A stretch of DNA of 62,068 nucleotides, the filler included, from Anaerolineae bacterium (GTDB taxonomy: Bacteria > Chloroflexota > Anaerolineae > Epilineales > Epilineaceae), in assembly GCA_029262755.1 (NCBI GenBank). It is 8 parts of 8 records of this genome, joined end to end, with 100 filler letters (N's around TTAATTAATTAA, not from the genome) between each part and the next. Parts side by side here need not be neighbours in the genome. Positions count along the whole stretch, not along the records: positions 38,166 to 42,512 come from JAJCYU010000293.1; positions 42,613 to 49,846 come from JAJCYU010000294.1; positions 49,947 to 56,205 come from JAJCYU010000295.1; 5 more parts are not named here. One strand, 5' to 3'. How positions within the stretch are numbered: the stretch's first letter is position 1; each line of letters starts with the position of its first letter. Under the pieces are notes generated by a model, which did no database searches, was not told the DNA's origin, and saw nothing but the letters and a program-made list of their open reading frames with translations. This document shows, piece after piece, positions 40,104 through 51,891 of the stretch. The position numbers and the translations under genes are program-made.

Positions 40104-40349
40104 CTAGCCGCGGATCTTGCGCCAGATGATCGTCACCAAAACCGCGCCGCCGAATGCCGCAGCGATCGTCTCGATATTGATGCCGCCCGTCTCAATGCCT
40201 AGAAACGTGCTGAGCAGGAAACCGCCGACGAGAGCACCGATCATGCCGACGATCACGTCGCCTAGATCGAAGCCCAAGTCACGCGAGATCGCATAGCCGG
40301 ACAGCCAGCCGCCGATCGCGCCGACGATAACCCAGGACAAAAAGCCCAT
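40104..40349 (-). CDS. GlsB/YeaQ/YmgE (transglycosylase-associated) family membrane protein
   Basis: MGFLSWVIVGAIGGWLS...IVGMIGALVGGFL...AAFGGAVLV; GAGGAGG RBS. Confidence 0.9.
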   Translation of the reverse strand: MGFLSWVIVGAIGGWLSGYAISRDLGFDLGDVIVGMIGALVGGFLLSTFLGIETGGINIETIAAAFGGAVLVTIIWRKIRG

Positions 40350-40457
40350 ATGTACTTCCTCCTCGTGATGGATAGGGGAGCGCGGGGATTGTGGCCGTGA
40401 ACGACCAACAATTCTACACGGCAGCAGGATGCCCCAGGATTCGGTGGTGCGCCAACC

Positions 40458-40775
40458 CTACACGCCGTCGCAGTGACAGGGTATGGACTTGCAGCGCGGA
40501 CATCCGCCTTCGTAGCGTGCCGCCGCGGCTTCGAGATCTACGTCGAGCATCGAGGCTAGGGTGCTGAGCCACGCGAGCACGTCGCCGACCTCGTGGCGTA
40601 GACGCTCGGCGCGACCGGCGTCATCTTCCGGAGCCGGGCTCAGCGACTTGCGCACCTCTTCGGCAAGCTCGCCGACCTCCTCGACAAACCAAAGATAGGA
40701 CGCCGCGGCACCGCGTTTTCGGTCTTGTTGGCCGTAGATGGCCTCGATATGGGCCTGGAAAGCGCGCAGGTGCAT
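40458..40775 (-). CDS. MazG-like nucleotide pyrophosphohydrolase
   Basis: WFVEEVGELAEE...HEVGDVLAWLSTLA; C-terminal CPRCKSIPCHC. Confidence 0.88.
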   Translation of the reverse strand: MHLRAFQAHIEAIYGQQDRKRGAAASYLWFVEEVGELAEEVRKSLSPAPEDDAGRAERLRHEVGDVLAWLSTLASMLDVDLEAAAARYEGGCPRCKSIPCHCDGV

Positions 40776-40849
40776 GGCTGGGCTCCGAGATCGTGGTAGG
40801 AACGGGGCTTGATGAGCAGACAGCGAAGCACAACACCGTCGGAAAAATT

Positions 40850-42512
40850 CTACGGGCTCACCCCATCGATAGCATCCCCGGTGCAGCGCAGGCGTTCGCC
40901 GAACGCTGCGAAGAGCCGTCCCAGTGAAGCGGGATCACCAGGATCATGGGTGGCGCCGTCCGTCGCGATGGCGCGTAGCAGGGCTCGGTCTGCCGTGGGG
41001 CCGACGGCGACCGTCCAGATGTGTGGTGCCGTTTCGCCGGGGCGGCCGGACTGGGTCAGCGCGTCGGCTGCGCTGCGCACCACGGCTACGTCGCCATCGT
41101 GCTTGCCGTCCGTAAGCACGATGACGACCGCGTGCTCGCTCGGTCGTCGCGCGGCGAGCATCGCGGTGGCGGCGCGCAGGGCAAGGTCGATTCGCGTTCC
41201 CGGTGCCGTAGCGAGCGCATCGAGCGCAGCGCGCACAGCGGGGCGCGACGCGCCAAGATCCGCTGCAATCCGCGCTTCAGCACTGAAAGTGACCAGCCCT
41301 ATGCGCTCCACCGGAGCGAGTCCCGCTAGGAGCGCATGCGAGGCGGAGCGCGCCGCTTCAAGCTTTGAAGCGCCGCCGGGTCCGAAAGGCTCGTCCATGG
41401 AGCGGGAGCCGTCCAGAACCAACACGACGGCCAGGGGGTCGGGCCGCAGGCAAGCGCCGACGACCGTGGCAGGCAAATAGGCCCGCGCCTTCAGGCTCGC
41501 GCGATCCCACACTTTGACCCGCGGTACGGGGAATGCCAGCGGCAGCTCTTCGCCTCCAACCGCCCACGTTCCGCCCGCCACGCGGTTCGTTGGGCGCAAA
41601 CCCACCTGTAGCGGCCGTGCGCCAATCGTCCAGGTCAGTGCGCCGGGAGGGATGGAGCGATCCGGCCAATCCAGTTGGCGAACGGCCTCGTCCCACGTGG
41701 CGTCGCGCGGAACGGGGCTGCCTGCCAGAAAGCTCATGTCACCCGGCAACGCGTCCCACGAGGCAATTCGACCCTGCGCGGCGGGTACCGAGGCCCCCGT
41801 GAGCGCACGCAAGAGTTGCTCCCCGCGCGCCACGTCCAGGTCTTCGTGGACGTTTTCGGATCCACCGGCAAGCAGCTCGATGTTGCGCCGGCGTAGCGCA
41901 TCGAAGTCCGGATGCGGCAGCACGAGCGCGTGTACCGCTGCCCCCGCCTCGCGCAGCGCGTCGGCTTCGGCTTGCGGATGGTCGCGCAGCACGCCGTCGG
42001 TCACGAGTAGCGCGACACTGCGACCGGCGTTGGGCGCGCCTGAACGCGTCGCAACCTGCGCCGCGCGCGTCAACGCTGCGCTCAGCTGCGTGTCGCCTTC
42101 GGCGCGCAGTGCGCGCATTGCGCGGGCAGCCTCCGCCGGCTGGGATCGTTCCACCAACAGGCGTGGAGCGGCGTCGTAGGCGATCACGGACACCGAATCG
42201 CGCTGAGCGTCCAGGCCGGCCAATACGTCGCCGAGGAGCCGCTGGGCACGCTCCAGCGCGCCGTCCCAGCTCATGGATCGCGATGCATCGATCACGAGCA
42301 GCAGGTGCAGCGGCGGCCTGCGCTCCGGGCACGCAACGCGGACCGACAACGTGATCGTGATCGCGTCGCCAAGCGGCAGCACCGCGGGCGCCGCGGTCTT
42401 GTCGGTTTGCGCCCAACAGCCGTCCGCTGCGATGGTGGCCGGCGGCGCGTCGATGGCGGAAGCACGAAAGAGCCAGATTCCCGCCCGCACGATGCGCCAG
42501 CTATCGGGCGGG
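40850..42512 (-). CDS. Double vWA + Ig-like (DUF11-type) domain protein with internal AYLP motif; 5' truncated
   Basis: IDASRSM...LVTDG and LDGSRSM...VLTDG MIDAS motifs; DKTAAPAVLPLGD...DALPGDMSF...PTN. Confidence 0.85.
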
Positions 42513-42668
42513 NNNNNNNNNNNNNNNNNNNNNNNNNNNNNNNNNNNNNNNNNNNNTTAATTAATTAANNNNNNNNNNNNNNNNNNNNNNNNNNNNNNNN
42601 NNNNNNNNNNNNTGGTGTGGGGGCCGTTCGTGCCGCCGATCCCGGCGTGAATCGAGGCCATGGAATCA

Positions 42669-42700
42669 CGAAGGGCCGGCGTGTGCGCGCCGGCCCCTCG
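42669..42700 (-). terminator. Hairpin just downstream of ahcY
   Basis: GGGCCGGCG-tgtgcg-CGCCGGCCC. Confidence 0.6.
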
Positions 42701-42721
42701 TATCGGTCTAACTGGTTGGTC

Positions 42722-44191
<1,470 letters not shown>

Positions 44192-44318
44192 GGGTACGGA
44201 TGCTCCTGAGCGGTTGGTGGGCGGGCGACGACGGTCAATGATAGGGGAAAGACGGCGCGGGCGGGCACGGCGACGTGGCCGGTGCGCGCTGAGCGCACGG
44301 ATCCATAGGGGGCCGTCC

Positions 44319-46001
44319 CTACCCCCGCACGAGCGGCTTGTACTTGATCCGGCGCGGCTGGTCGGCGTCCTCGCCGAGGCGGCGTTTGCGGTCGCGCTCG
44401 TAGGCGGCGTAGTTGCCCTCGAACCACACGACCTCGCTGTCGTTTTCGAAGGCCAGGATGTGGGTGGCCACGCGGTCCAGGAACCAGCGATCGTGGCTGA
44501 TGACCGCGACGCAGCCGGCGAAGCCCTCCAGGGCCTCCTCCAGGGCGCGCATGGTGGCGACGTCCAGGTCGTTGGAGGGCTCGTCGAGCAGGAGGACGTT
44601 GGCGCCGCTCTGGAGCATCATCGCCAGGAAGAGGCGGTTGCGCTCGCCGCCGGAGAGCGAGCCTGCCTTCTGCTGCTGCATCGTACCCCGCAGACCGAAA
44701 GAGCCGACGTAGGCGCGCATGTTGATCGTGCGGTTGCCGACGCGCAGCTCTTCGCGGCCCTGGGCGATGTTGTTGAAGACCGTTGCTTCGGAATCGATCG
44801 CGTCGCGCAGCTGGTCGACGCTGGCCAGGTCCACGGTCTCGCCTACCTGCAGCGTGCCGCTGTCGGGCTGTTCTTGGCCGAGGATCATGCGAAACAGCGT
44901 CGTCTTGCCCGCGCCGTTCGGACCCACGATGCCTACGATGCCGCCCCGGGGTAGGTCGAAGCTCAGCCCCTCGTAGAGCAGATGGTCGTCGTAGCCCTTC
45001 GTGAGGTCCGTCGCGCGCACGACGAGCTCGCCGAGGCGCTCGCCGGGCGGGATCAAGATCTCCGTGCGACGGCCATCGCCGCGCGCCTCGGTGAGCATCT
45101 GCTCGTAGCGTTGGAGGCGCGAGTGCGCGCGGGTGTTGCGGTCGGTCTGGTTGAGCTGGGTCCACGCCAGCTCCTCGGCGAGCGCTTTCGCGCGCGCCTT
45201 GGCTGCGCGGCCGGTGCTCTCGCCGGCCAGCTGCTGCTGCTTCTGCTTGAGCCACGAGGAGTAGTTGCCCTCGAAGGGCAGGCCCTTGCCGTTCTCCAGC
45301 TCCAGGATCCAGCCCGTCACGTTGTCCAGGAAGTAGCGATCGTGGGTGACCACGATGACGGTGCCCGCGTACTCGGCCAAGGTGCGCTCGAGCCAGGCGA
45401 CCGTCTCGGCGTCCAGGTGGTTCGTGGGCTCATCGAGCAGGAGTAGGTCCGGCTTGGAGAGCAGCAGCCGGCACAAGGCGACGCGGCGCGCCTCGCCGCC
45501 GGAGAGCGTCGTGACGTCGCGGTCGCCGGCGGGCACGCGTAGCGCGTCCATCGCCACCTCGAGCGTGCGGTCCAGCTCCCAGCCGCCGACGGCGTCAATC
45601 TTCTCTTGCAGCTTGGCCTGCTGGGTGATGACCTTGTCCATCTCGTCGTCGGTGAGCTCTTCCGCGAAGCGGGCGCTCACCGCGTCGTAGGCGTCCATCA
45701 GCTCCTTGGTCTCGCCCAGCGCCTGCTCGATGTTGCCGCGCACGTCCAGCGATTCGTCGAGCTGCGGCTCCTGGGCCAGATAGCCCACCGTGGCGCTCGG
45801 ATCGATCCAGGTCTCGCCGAGATGGTCGTCGTCCAGGCCGGCCATGACGCGTAGGAGCGTCGATTTGCCGGCGCCGTTGGGGCCGATGACGCCGATCTTG
45901 GCGCCGGGAAAGAAGGACAGCCAGATCCCGTCCAGGATCGTTCGGCCGTCGCCCGCAATCTTCTGCAGGCCCTGCATTTGGTAGATGAATTCCTTGCTCA
46001 C
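44319..46001 (-). CDS. ettA: Energy-dependent translational throttle, ABC-F ATPase
   Basis: [23 protein letters not shown]; two ABC cassettes (LSGGE, LDEP); WFEGNY...IKYKPL C-terminus; AGGAG RBS and GTG start. Confidence 0.93.
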   Translation of the reverse strand: MSKEFIYQMQGLQKIAGDGRTILDGIWLSFFPGAKIGVIGPNGAGKSTLLRVMAGLDDDHLGETWIDPSATVGYLAQEPQLDESLDVRGNIEQALGETKELMDAYDAVSARFAEELTDDEMDKVITQQAKLQEKIDAVGGWELDRTLEVAMDALRVPAGDRDVTTLSGGEARRVALCRLLLSKPDLLLLDEPTNHLDAETVAWLERTLAEYAGTVIVVTHDRYFLDNVTGWILELENGKGLPFEGNYSSWLKQKQQQLAGESTGRAAKARAKALAEELAWTQLNQTDRNTRAHSRLQRYEQMLTEARGDGRRTEILIPPGERLGELVVRATDLTKGYDDHLLYEGLSFDLPRGGIVGIVGPNGAGKTTLFRMILGQEQPDSGTLQVGETVDLASVDQLRDAIDSEATVFNNIAQGREELRVGNRTINMRAYVGSFGLRGTMQQQKAGSLSGGERNRLFLAMMLQSGANVLLLDEPSNDLDVATMRALEEALEGFAGCVAVISHDRWFLDRVATHILAFENDSEVVWFEGNYAAYERDRKRRLGEDADQPRRIKYKPLVRG

Positions 46002-46417
46002 GTTGGGTGTCTCCTGCGGGGCGCGGCGACCAGCGTCGGCGGTGGGTCGATGGCGGCGCGGCGCGTAGGTCGATGGTTGAAGGGAGAGCCGCGGCGTCGA
46101 TGCCGCCGGCTGCCCAGTCGATCGGCTCCGAGCACCGCGCGTGCGACGGTGCAGCACGCTTCGGCCGGCGTGCGCGCTTCGCCCACCGCCTCGTGCTCGC
46201 GCGTTCCATCCTTGGGAATCCGGCGACGAAACGCCGCGGGACCGAGGGTAGGATAGAAGGCCGGCGCGCGTATGCGCAACGGCAGGCCGTTGGCTGCGTG
46301 CCTGAAGAGCACGACGCACGTATGGTGAGGCCGATAGAATATCCCAACCTTCGCCCGTGCAGTCCGTTGCAGGCGCGGGTCAGGCCGGCCAACTTCTACT
46401 CATCGAAAGGGAAGCAC

Positions 46418-49400
46418 ATGGACGTCCTGCGGCGGCCGCACCTGGTCGCACGCGTCGTCGACGCCCTGCAGGTGGGGCATGTGACCATCGTCGCCCCCGC
46501 GGGCTACGGCAAGAGCTCGTTGGCACGGGCCTTGTGCGCCGAGCGCCCCGGCGCGCTGCACGTACCGCTGCGGGCGGCCGACGCGGATCCGCGCGCCCTG
46601 GCGGAGCGGATCGCGGACTTGGAGGGCGCACCGCTCGTCTTCGACGACGTCCACCATCTCGACGCCAATCCCGATTCGGCGTCCGTCGTAGGGGAGCGGC
46701 TGTCCGACGGCGCGACGCACGTGCTGTGCGGTCGCCATGTACCCACGGCGCTTGAGCACCTCACCGCGGGGATCCGCCTCGGGCCGGCAGATCTGGCCTT
46801 CGCGGAGGAAGAGACCCGTCGGTTCCTGGCGGACCAGCCAAACCTTGGGGCCGAATGGAGCCGCTGGCACGAGCGCACCGGCGGATGGCCCCTTGCGCTG
46901 GGCATGATCAAGCGCGGAGGCGGCGCGATCACGGAGACGGGGGTCGAAGGCGACCTCTTCGCCCACCTGGCGGCCCGCGTCATGGCGGAGCTGCCCGAGA
47001 GGCTCAGGGAAGCTTGGTTGCGCACGGCCCTCGCGCGGACCTTTGATGACGAGCTCGCTCGCTTCCTGATCGGTGGCGATCCCAAAGAGGGCCGTGCTCT
47101 GGTGCGCGAGATCGAGCGGCGCGGCCTCTTCGTGGAGGCGACGGACCGACCCGGTTGGCGGCGCTATCACGAGCTGATCCGGCGCTACCTGCTGGACCAA
47201 GCCCCGCCGGAGGTGCGCGCGCTCGCGCCCCGGCTGGTGGCGTGGCTGGAGTCACGCGGCGAGCGCGAGGCGGCCATCGAGCATGCCATCGAGTTCGGCC
47301 TCCATCGCACTGCCGCCCGGTTGGTAGAGGAGCTCCCGCCGGAGTTCTCCAGCATGGACGGGCGCTTCTACGCCTTCCGGCGCTGGGCCGCGGCCCTTCC
47401 CGAAGACGAGCTTGGCCGTCGGCCCTTCCTGTTGCAGCGGCTCGTCCAGTCCGTCCACTATGCTGGGCTCTTCGAAGAAGCCGAACGCTATCTTGCGCTG
47501 TTGCAGACGGTGGCGGCCGGCTCCGAGGATGACGATGTGCGCCGCGCCGCACTCTTGTCGCAGGCGGAGATCCTCTACAAGCAGCACCGACCCGCGGACG
47601 CGATGGCCGCGCTGGATGTGTTGCTCGCAGATCCGGGCGCATCGGAGATTCAGCGCGCCGAAGCATGGAAGCTGAGCGCAGACGCGCATATGGTGACCGG
47701 TCAGCTGCGCGCCGCGGCGCGCGCCTATGTCGCCGCCATTGGCCTCGCGGATCGGGCCGATGCGGCAAGCCTCTCGGTGCGGGCCCGCTACAACCTGGCC
47801 ATCATGGTGCGCAGCCTGCTTGGCGAGCTGGACGCAACACGTTTGCTGATCGATCAGATCGAGGCGCGCCTGGACGGCGATTCGGCCAACGGACGCTTGC
47901 TCCTTGCCACGGCTCGCTGCGAGCTGATGTTCGCGGGCGGAGAGGCGGAGGGCTACGCGGCCGCGGTGCGCGAACAAGCCGCGGCGCTCGCCGAGATGGA
48001 CGAGCCTTACATAGAAGACTTGGCCTACCACGATTGGAACGCCGCCAACGCGTTCCTGTTGGCCGGGGACAATGACGCGGCCGAAGCGGCGCTGCTTCGC
48101 TCGGCCGCGCGTGGCCACGAGGGTGCGCTCTACGCGACCTGCGTCGCGTGGACGCGGGCCGCCCTGGCTCGGCGCGCGGGGAATCCTGCGTCGGCCGTCG
48201 ACTTGGCGGAGGAAGCCTATCCCCGCAGCAAGGCGTGGCCGGCATACCGGGCGCTGCTCGTACTCGAGGCCGAGGTTGCCCGCCAGGCGGCCGGTCTGCC
48301 CGCCGGACGCCATGCCGGAGCCGTTGCGCTGCTTGTCCGCTCGCGTTCGCGCACCGATACGCTTCGGCTGCGCGCGCTCTTGGCCCTGCGTCACCACGCG
48401 GAGGGGAACGCGGGTTGGCGCCGCCATGCACGGGCGTTGCCGCGTCGTCAGCGCGCAGACCGGCGCGGCTACGGGTACATGGAGCGCGTGGATCCGCCGC
48501 TGTCGTGCGCCTTCTGGCGGCTCGCTTTGGTCGAGGGTGAGGCGCTGGCCGGGCCGACCACGACAACGTCGCCTGGGGACGTCGCGGCTCGCGCGGAGGA
48601 CGCGCTGTGCCGCCTTGCGGACACCGCGGCAGCCCTGGCGCTGCTCACGGACGGTCGTGCGGCGCTGCGCTCGTCCGCGGCGCGGATCCTTGGAACCGTC
48701 GGCGGTGAGGAAGCCATGGTCCCGCTGCACGCCGCGATCAACGAAGAGACGTCGTCGGCCGCGCGAGCGACGATGGCGGATGCGCTCCACCGTCTGGAGA
48801 ACGCGCAGCCCCCGCCCTTGGACGTGCGGTTGCTCGGCAACTTCGTTCTCCGGAGGGATGGCGTGCTCGTGCCGGGCGATGCTTGGTACCGACCCATCGT
48901 CCGACGCGTCTTTCAGTACTTGGTGTTACAGCGAGGTGTAGCGCTCCCGCGCGACCGGGTGCTTGAGGATCTGTGGCCCGATACCGATCCGGCCAAGGCA
49001 TGGACCACCCTGCGCACCGTGCTCAGCCGCATACGGGCGCTTGTGGATCCGCACATGCGCCCCAAGGGTCCGTCGCGCTATCTCGAGGTCCAGGGCGACA
49101 TGGTGCGCTTCGATCCGCACGACGTGGTGTCCACAGACGTCGTGCGCTTTGAACAACTCGCCGCGGCGGCGCGGCAGCCGGAGCGCACCAAGGACGGCGA
49201 CGAGCCATCGGCGGAGTTCATGGCCGCCTTGGATGCCTACGACACGCTCCTGCCCGAGCTGCCCTACGAGTTGTGGGTGATGGAACGACGCGAGCGCCTA
49301 GCAATGATGCACGCCGACGGCTGCCTGCGCGTGGCGCAGGTGTGGCTGCAACAGGGCGATCCGGAGCGCGCGCTGACTTGGTCTGATCGCGCGACGCTGG

Positions 49401-49585
49401 CCGCGCCCTGGTCGGAGGAGGCCCATGTGGCCCGCGTTCAGGCATTGGCGCGGTCGGGCCAGCGGGACCGCGCGCTGCGAACCTGCCGCGAAGCGATCGC
49501 CAGGTTGGGCAGCGAGGGCGACGCGGGCGAGAACGACGAGCTTGCGTGGCTAGCCGAACGACTGGAGCGCGGCGAGCACGTGTAG
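46418..49585 (+). CDS. MalT/STAND-like ATPase-TPR regulator with HEAT repeat and C-terminal SARP (winged helix + BTAD) domain
   Basis: APAGYGKS, LVFDDVHHL, RTGGWPLAL, RYHELIRRYL; LDVRLLGNF...RDRVLEDLWPD...LRTVLSRIR; DVVRFE; APWSEEAH. Confidence 0.85.
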   Translation: MDVLRRPHLVARVVDALQVGHVTIVAPAGYGKSSLARALCAERPGALHVPLRAADADPRALAERIADLEGAPLVFDDVHHLDANPDSASVVGERLSDGATHVLCGRHVPTALEHLTAGIRLGPADLAFAEEETRRFLADQPNLGAEWSRWHERTGGWPLALGMIKRGGGAITETGVEGDLFAHLAARVMAELPERLREAWLRTALARTFDDELARFLIGGDPKEGRALVREIERRGLFVEATDRPGWRRYHELIRRYLLDQAPPEVRALAPRLVAWLESRGEREAAIEHAIEFGLHRTAARLVEELPPEFSSMDGRFYAFRRWAAALPEDELGRRPFLLQRLVQSVHYAGLFEEAERYLALLQTVAAGSEDDDVRRAALLSQAEILYKQHRPADAMAALDVLLADPGASEIQRAEAWKLSADAHMVTGQLRAAARAYVAAIGLADRADAASLSVRARYNLAIMVRSLLGELDATRLLIDQIEARLDGDSANGRLLLATARCELMFAGGEAEGYAAAVREQAAALAEMDEPYIEDLAYHDWNAANAFLLAGDNDAAEAALLRSAARGHEGALYATCVAWTRAALARRAGNPASAVDLAEEAYPRSKAWPAYRALLVLEAEVARQAAGLPAGRHAGAVALLVRSRSRTDTLRLRALLALRHHAEGNAGWRRHARALPRRQRADRRGYGYMERVDPPLSCAFWRLALVEGEALAGPTTTTSPGDVAARAEDALCRLADTAAALALLTDGRAALRSSAARILGTVGGEEAMVPLHAAINEETSSAARATMADALHRLENAQPPPLDVRLLGNFVLRRDGVLVPGDAWYRPIVRRVFQYLVLQRGVALPRDRVLEDLWPDTDPAKAWTTLRTVLSRIRALVDPHMRPKGPSRYLEVQGDMVRFDPHDVVSTDVVRFEQLAAAARQPERTKDGDEPSAEFMAALDAYDTLLPELPYELWVMERRERLAMMHADGCLRVAQVWLQQGDPERALTWSDRATLAAPWSEEAHVARVQALARSGQRDRALRTCREAIARLGSEGDAGENDELAWLAERLERGEHV

Positions 49586-49831
49586 GTGCTGCCGATCGAA
49601 CGGCACGAGATCGCCCCTTAGGCTGTTGCGGCTTCCGATTGATTTACGCCTCCGGTCTCTGGGGTCAAATTGCCCCGCGAGCCGGGCCAAACACGACGCG
49701 CTCGGACCTCCACGGCGCACCTCGGCCGCCGCGCTCGCGCTCCCCTGTTCACGCTGCGTCAACAGCGCCGCGTAGCCTGGGAACGTGTCACCGATGGGCA
49801 TTCGCCAGCCCCGCGCCAACCGGAGGAAGCC

Positions 49832-49846
49832 ATGTACCTTGTCCAC
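49832..49846 (+). CDS. Start of a gene truncated by the contig end (MYLVH...)
   Basis: GGAGG RBS followed by ATG, immediately before the linker. Confidence 0.4.
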
Positions 49847-49946
49847 NNNNNNNNNNNNNNNNNNNNNNNNNNNNNNNNNNNNNNNNNNNNTTAATTAATT
49901 AANNNNNNNNNNNNNNNNNNNNNNNNNNNNNNNNNNNNNNNNNNNN

Positions 49947-50258
49947 CAATAACTCCTCGTAGATGCCGAGGATGAACGCCATCGTCCCGCCCGAAACACC
50001 GGGCACCACGTCCGCCGCGCCCATCGCGAATCCGCGCGCGACCACCCCCGCGTATTCGCGCGGCCCACGTTGCACCCGCGCGCCGCCGGCCGCGTCGCCG
50101 TCCGCGGACGACGCGGTTTCGCCCTTCGCTGCGCCCCCGCCGCCCCTGCTGGAACCGCCGGATCCTGATTCGGAACCGGAATCGGACTCGGACTCGGATC
50201 TGCGCGAGGATGCGGAGGCGGTGGGGGAGGACGGCCGGTTCTTGCTCGAGGATGACAT
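49947..50258 (-). CDS. DUF368 family membrane protein (putative undecaprenyl-phosphate translocase), N-terminal fragment
   Basis: [31 protein letters not shown] after a Ser/Gly-rich extension; GGAG RBS. Confidence 0.88.
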
Positions 50259-50649
50259 AGGTTCTCCACTCGCTCACGGGACATAGAAATGATCGGGGCG
50301 GGAAGGCGCAGCCACACCGGCTGTCGCTGCCTAAGACTTCCGTCCCGCGATGTAGCAGCATGAGGCGAAGCCGCGACGACGCGCGGAATCGCGCGCCGCA
50401 GAGTAGTGAGCGCCTCCCTGAGGGTCAACCGAGGACCACGCCCGGCGACCCGCCCGGCGACCACATGGAGGGCGATCGACGTAACGTGCGAAGCGACCCC
50501 ATCCTACGGTGTGCGATCGAGGTGGGGGACCGACGCGGGTTGGCGCTTCTGGCATAATCGCCCTACGCCCGGCTGCGGACAGGCAGCGTGATCGAGACGC
50601 GGTCATCGCCCATGCTCGCAAGCACGTGGGCCGCAATCCCTGGATACCC

Positions 50650-51852
50650 ATGGCACCCAACGAGCCTCCCACGTCCGGCACTGTGCCCCCGTCCGCGCGA
50701 CCTTCTCCGGTGCCGGACACGGATACGACTCCTCCATCGCTTCCGAGCGAGACGCCGACCCCCGACCCTTCGTCGCCCAGCGAGCCAAGTCCGGACCCCT
50801 CGGCCGAGTCGACGGCGCCTCCCGATCGAAAGCGTCTCATGCGTCGCATCGCGCTCTCCTCCGTCGCCGCGCTCGCGTTGTATGCGGCCGCGGCGGTCTG
50901 GAGCGACGTGCGGGCGCTGCGTGAGGTGCTGGAGGGATTCCGTTGGGGTCTCGTGCCGGCGATCCTGGTCTTGACCTTGGCCAACTACCTCTTGCGCATG
51001 GCGCGTTGGCACGGGTATTTGCATTGGGTGGGTGCCCGACCGACGCTGGGGGACAGCGCGCGAGCCTTCCTGCTCGGACTGCCGATGGTCGCGACGCCCG
51101 GCAAGGTCGGCGAGATGCTCAAGAGCTGGATCATCAAGCAGGTCGAGGGCAGCCCGATGTCCGTGACGCTTCCGACGGTGCTCGTCGAGCGCCTCATCGA
51201 CGGCCTGGCCATGTTGGTCCTGGCAAGCGGTGGGCTCGTCCTGCTCGCCGACGAACGCACGCGGATACTCTCGCTGGCGGCTCTCGCAGGTCTGTTGCTA
51301 GTGGTGGCACTGGTGCAGGCGCGCCCCATCGCCCTGTGGTTTCTCGACCGCTTCGAGCGATTGCCACGCATCGGCCGCTTCGCTGCCCAAGCGCGTACGT
51401 TCTACGAGAGCTGCCATCGTCTGCTGCGCCCCTTGCCCTTCGTGGCTGGACTGGGCATCGGTGTCTTGAGCTGGGCGCTCGAGGGTCTCGCGTTCGCGCT
51501 CGTGCTCATCGGTCTGGGCGTCCCAGCGACCGGTGAAACCGTGCTCATCGCCGTCTTCAGCTTCAGCCTGGCCACCGTCGCCGGCGCGGTCGCGGGCACA
51601 CCCGGCGGCCTGGGCGGCGTCGAGGCCGTGCTCGTGGCGCTGACGATGCCGCTCTTGGCCCTTGACCGTCCGGTCGCGGTGGCCGCAGCGTTGCTCATCC
51701 GGCTCGCGACGCTGTGGTTCGCGGTTGCGATCGGCCTCGCCGCGATGGCCCGCTGGCCGGAACTACTCTGGGGCGCGGGGGGCCAGGGCCAACGGTCGGT
51801 GAACGCGAACGTCGCAGCGACAGGTACCGGCAGCACGCGACCGCGGATCTAG
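50650..51852 (+). CDS. Lysylphosphatidylglycerol synthase TM-domain / flippase-like (UPF0104) protein
   Basis: NYLLRMARW, TPGKVGEMLK, VLVERLIDG, TPGGLGGVEA, LLIRLATLWF. Confidence 0.9.
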   Translation: MAPNEPPTSGTVPPSARPSPVPDTDTTPPSLPSETPTPDPSSPSEPSPDPSAESTAPPDRKRLMRRIALSSVAALALYAAAAVWSDVRALREVLEGFRWGLVPAILVLTLANYLLRMARWHGYLHWVGARPTLGDSARAFLLGLPMVATPGKVGEMLKSWIIKQVEGSPMSVTLPTVLVERLIDGLAMLVLASGGLVLLADERTRILSLAALAGLLLVVALVQARPIALWFLDRFERLPRIGRFAAQARTFYESCHRLLRPLPFVAGLGIGVLSWALEGLAFALVLIGLGVPATGETVLIAVFSFSLATVAGAVAGTPGGLGGVEAVLVALTMPLLALDRPVAVAAALLIRLATLWFAVAIGLAAMARWPELLWGAGGQGQRSVNANVAATGTGSTRPRI

Positions 51853-51891
51853 ACGCGACCGCGGACCAGCACATGAACGCGAGCCTAGCCG

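Noticed and set aside
44192..44318. SAH riboswitch upstream of ahcY
   Set aside because: The GAGGAGCG...CAGGC...AACG.CGCTC core is not recognisable; an Infernal search would be needed.
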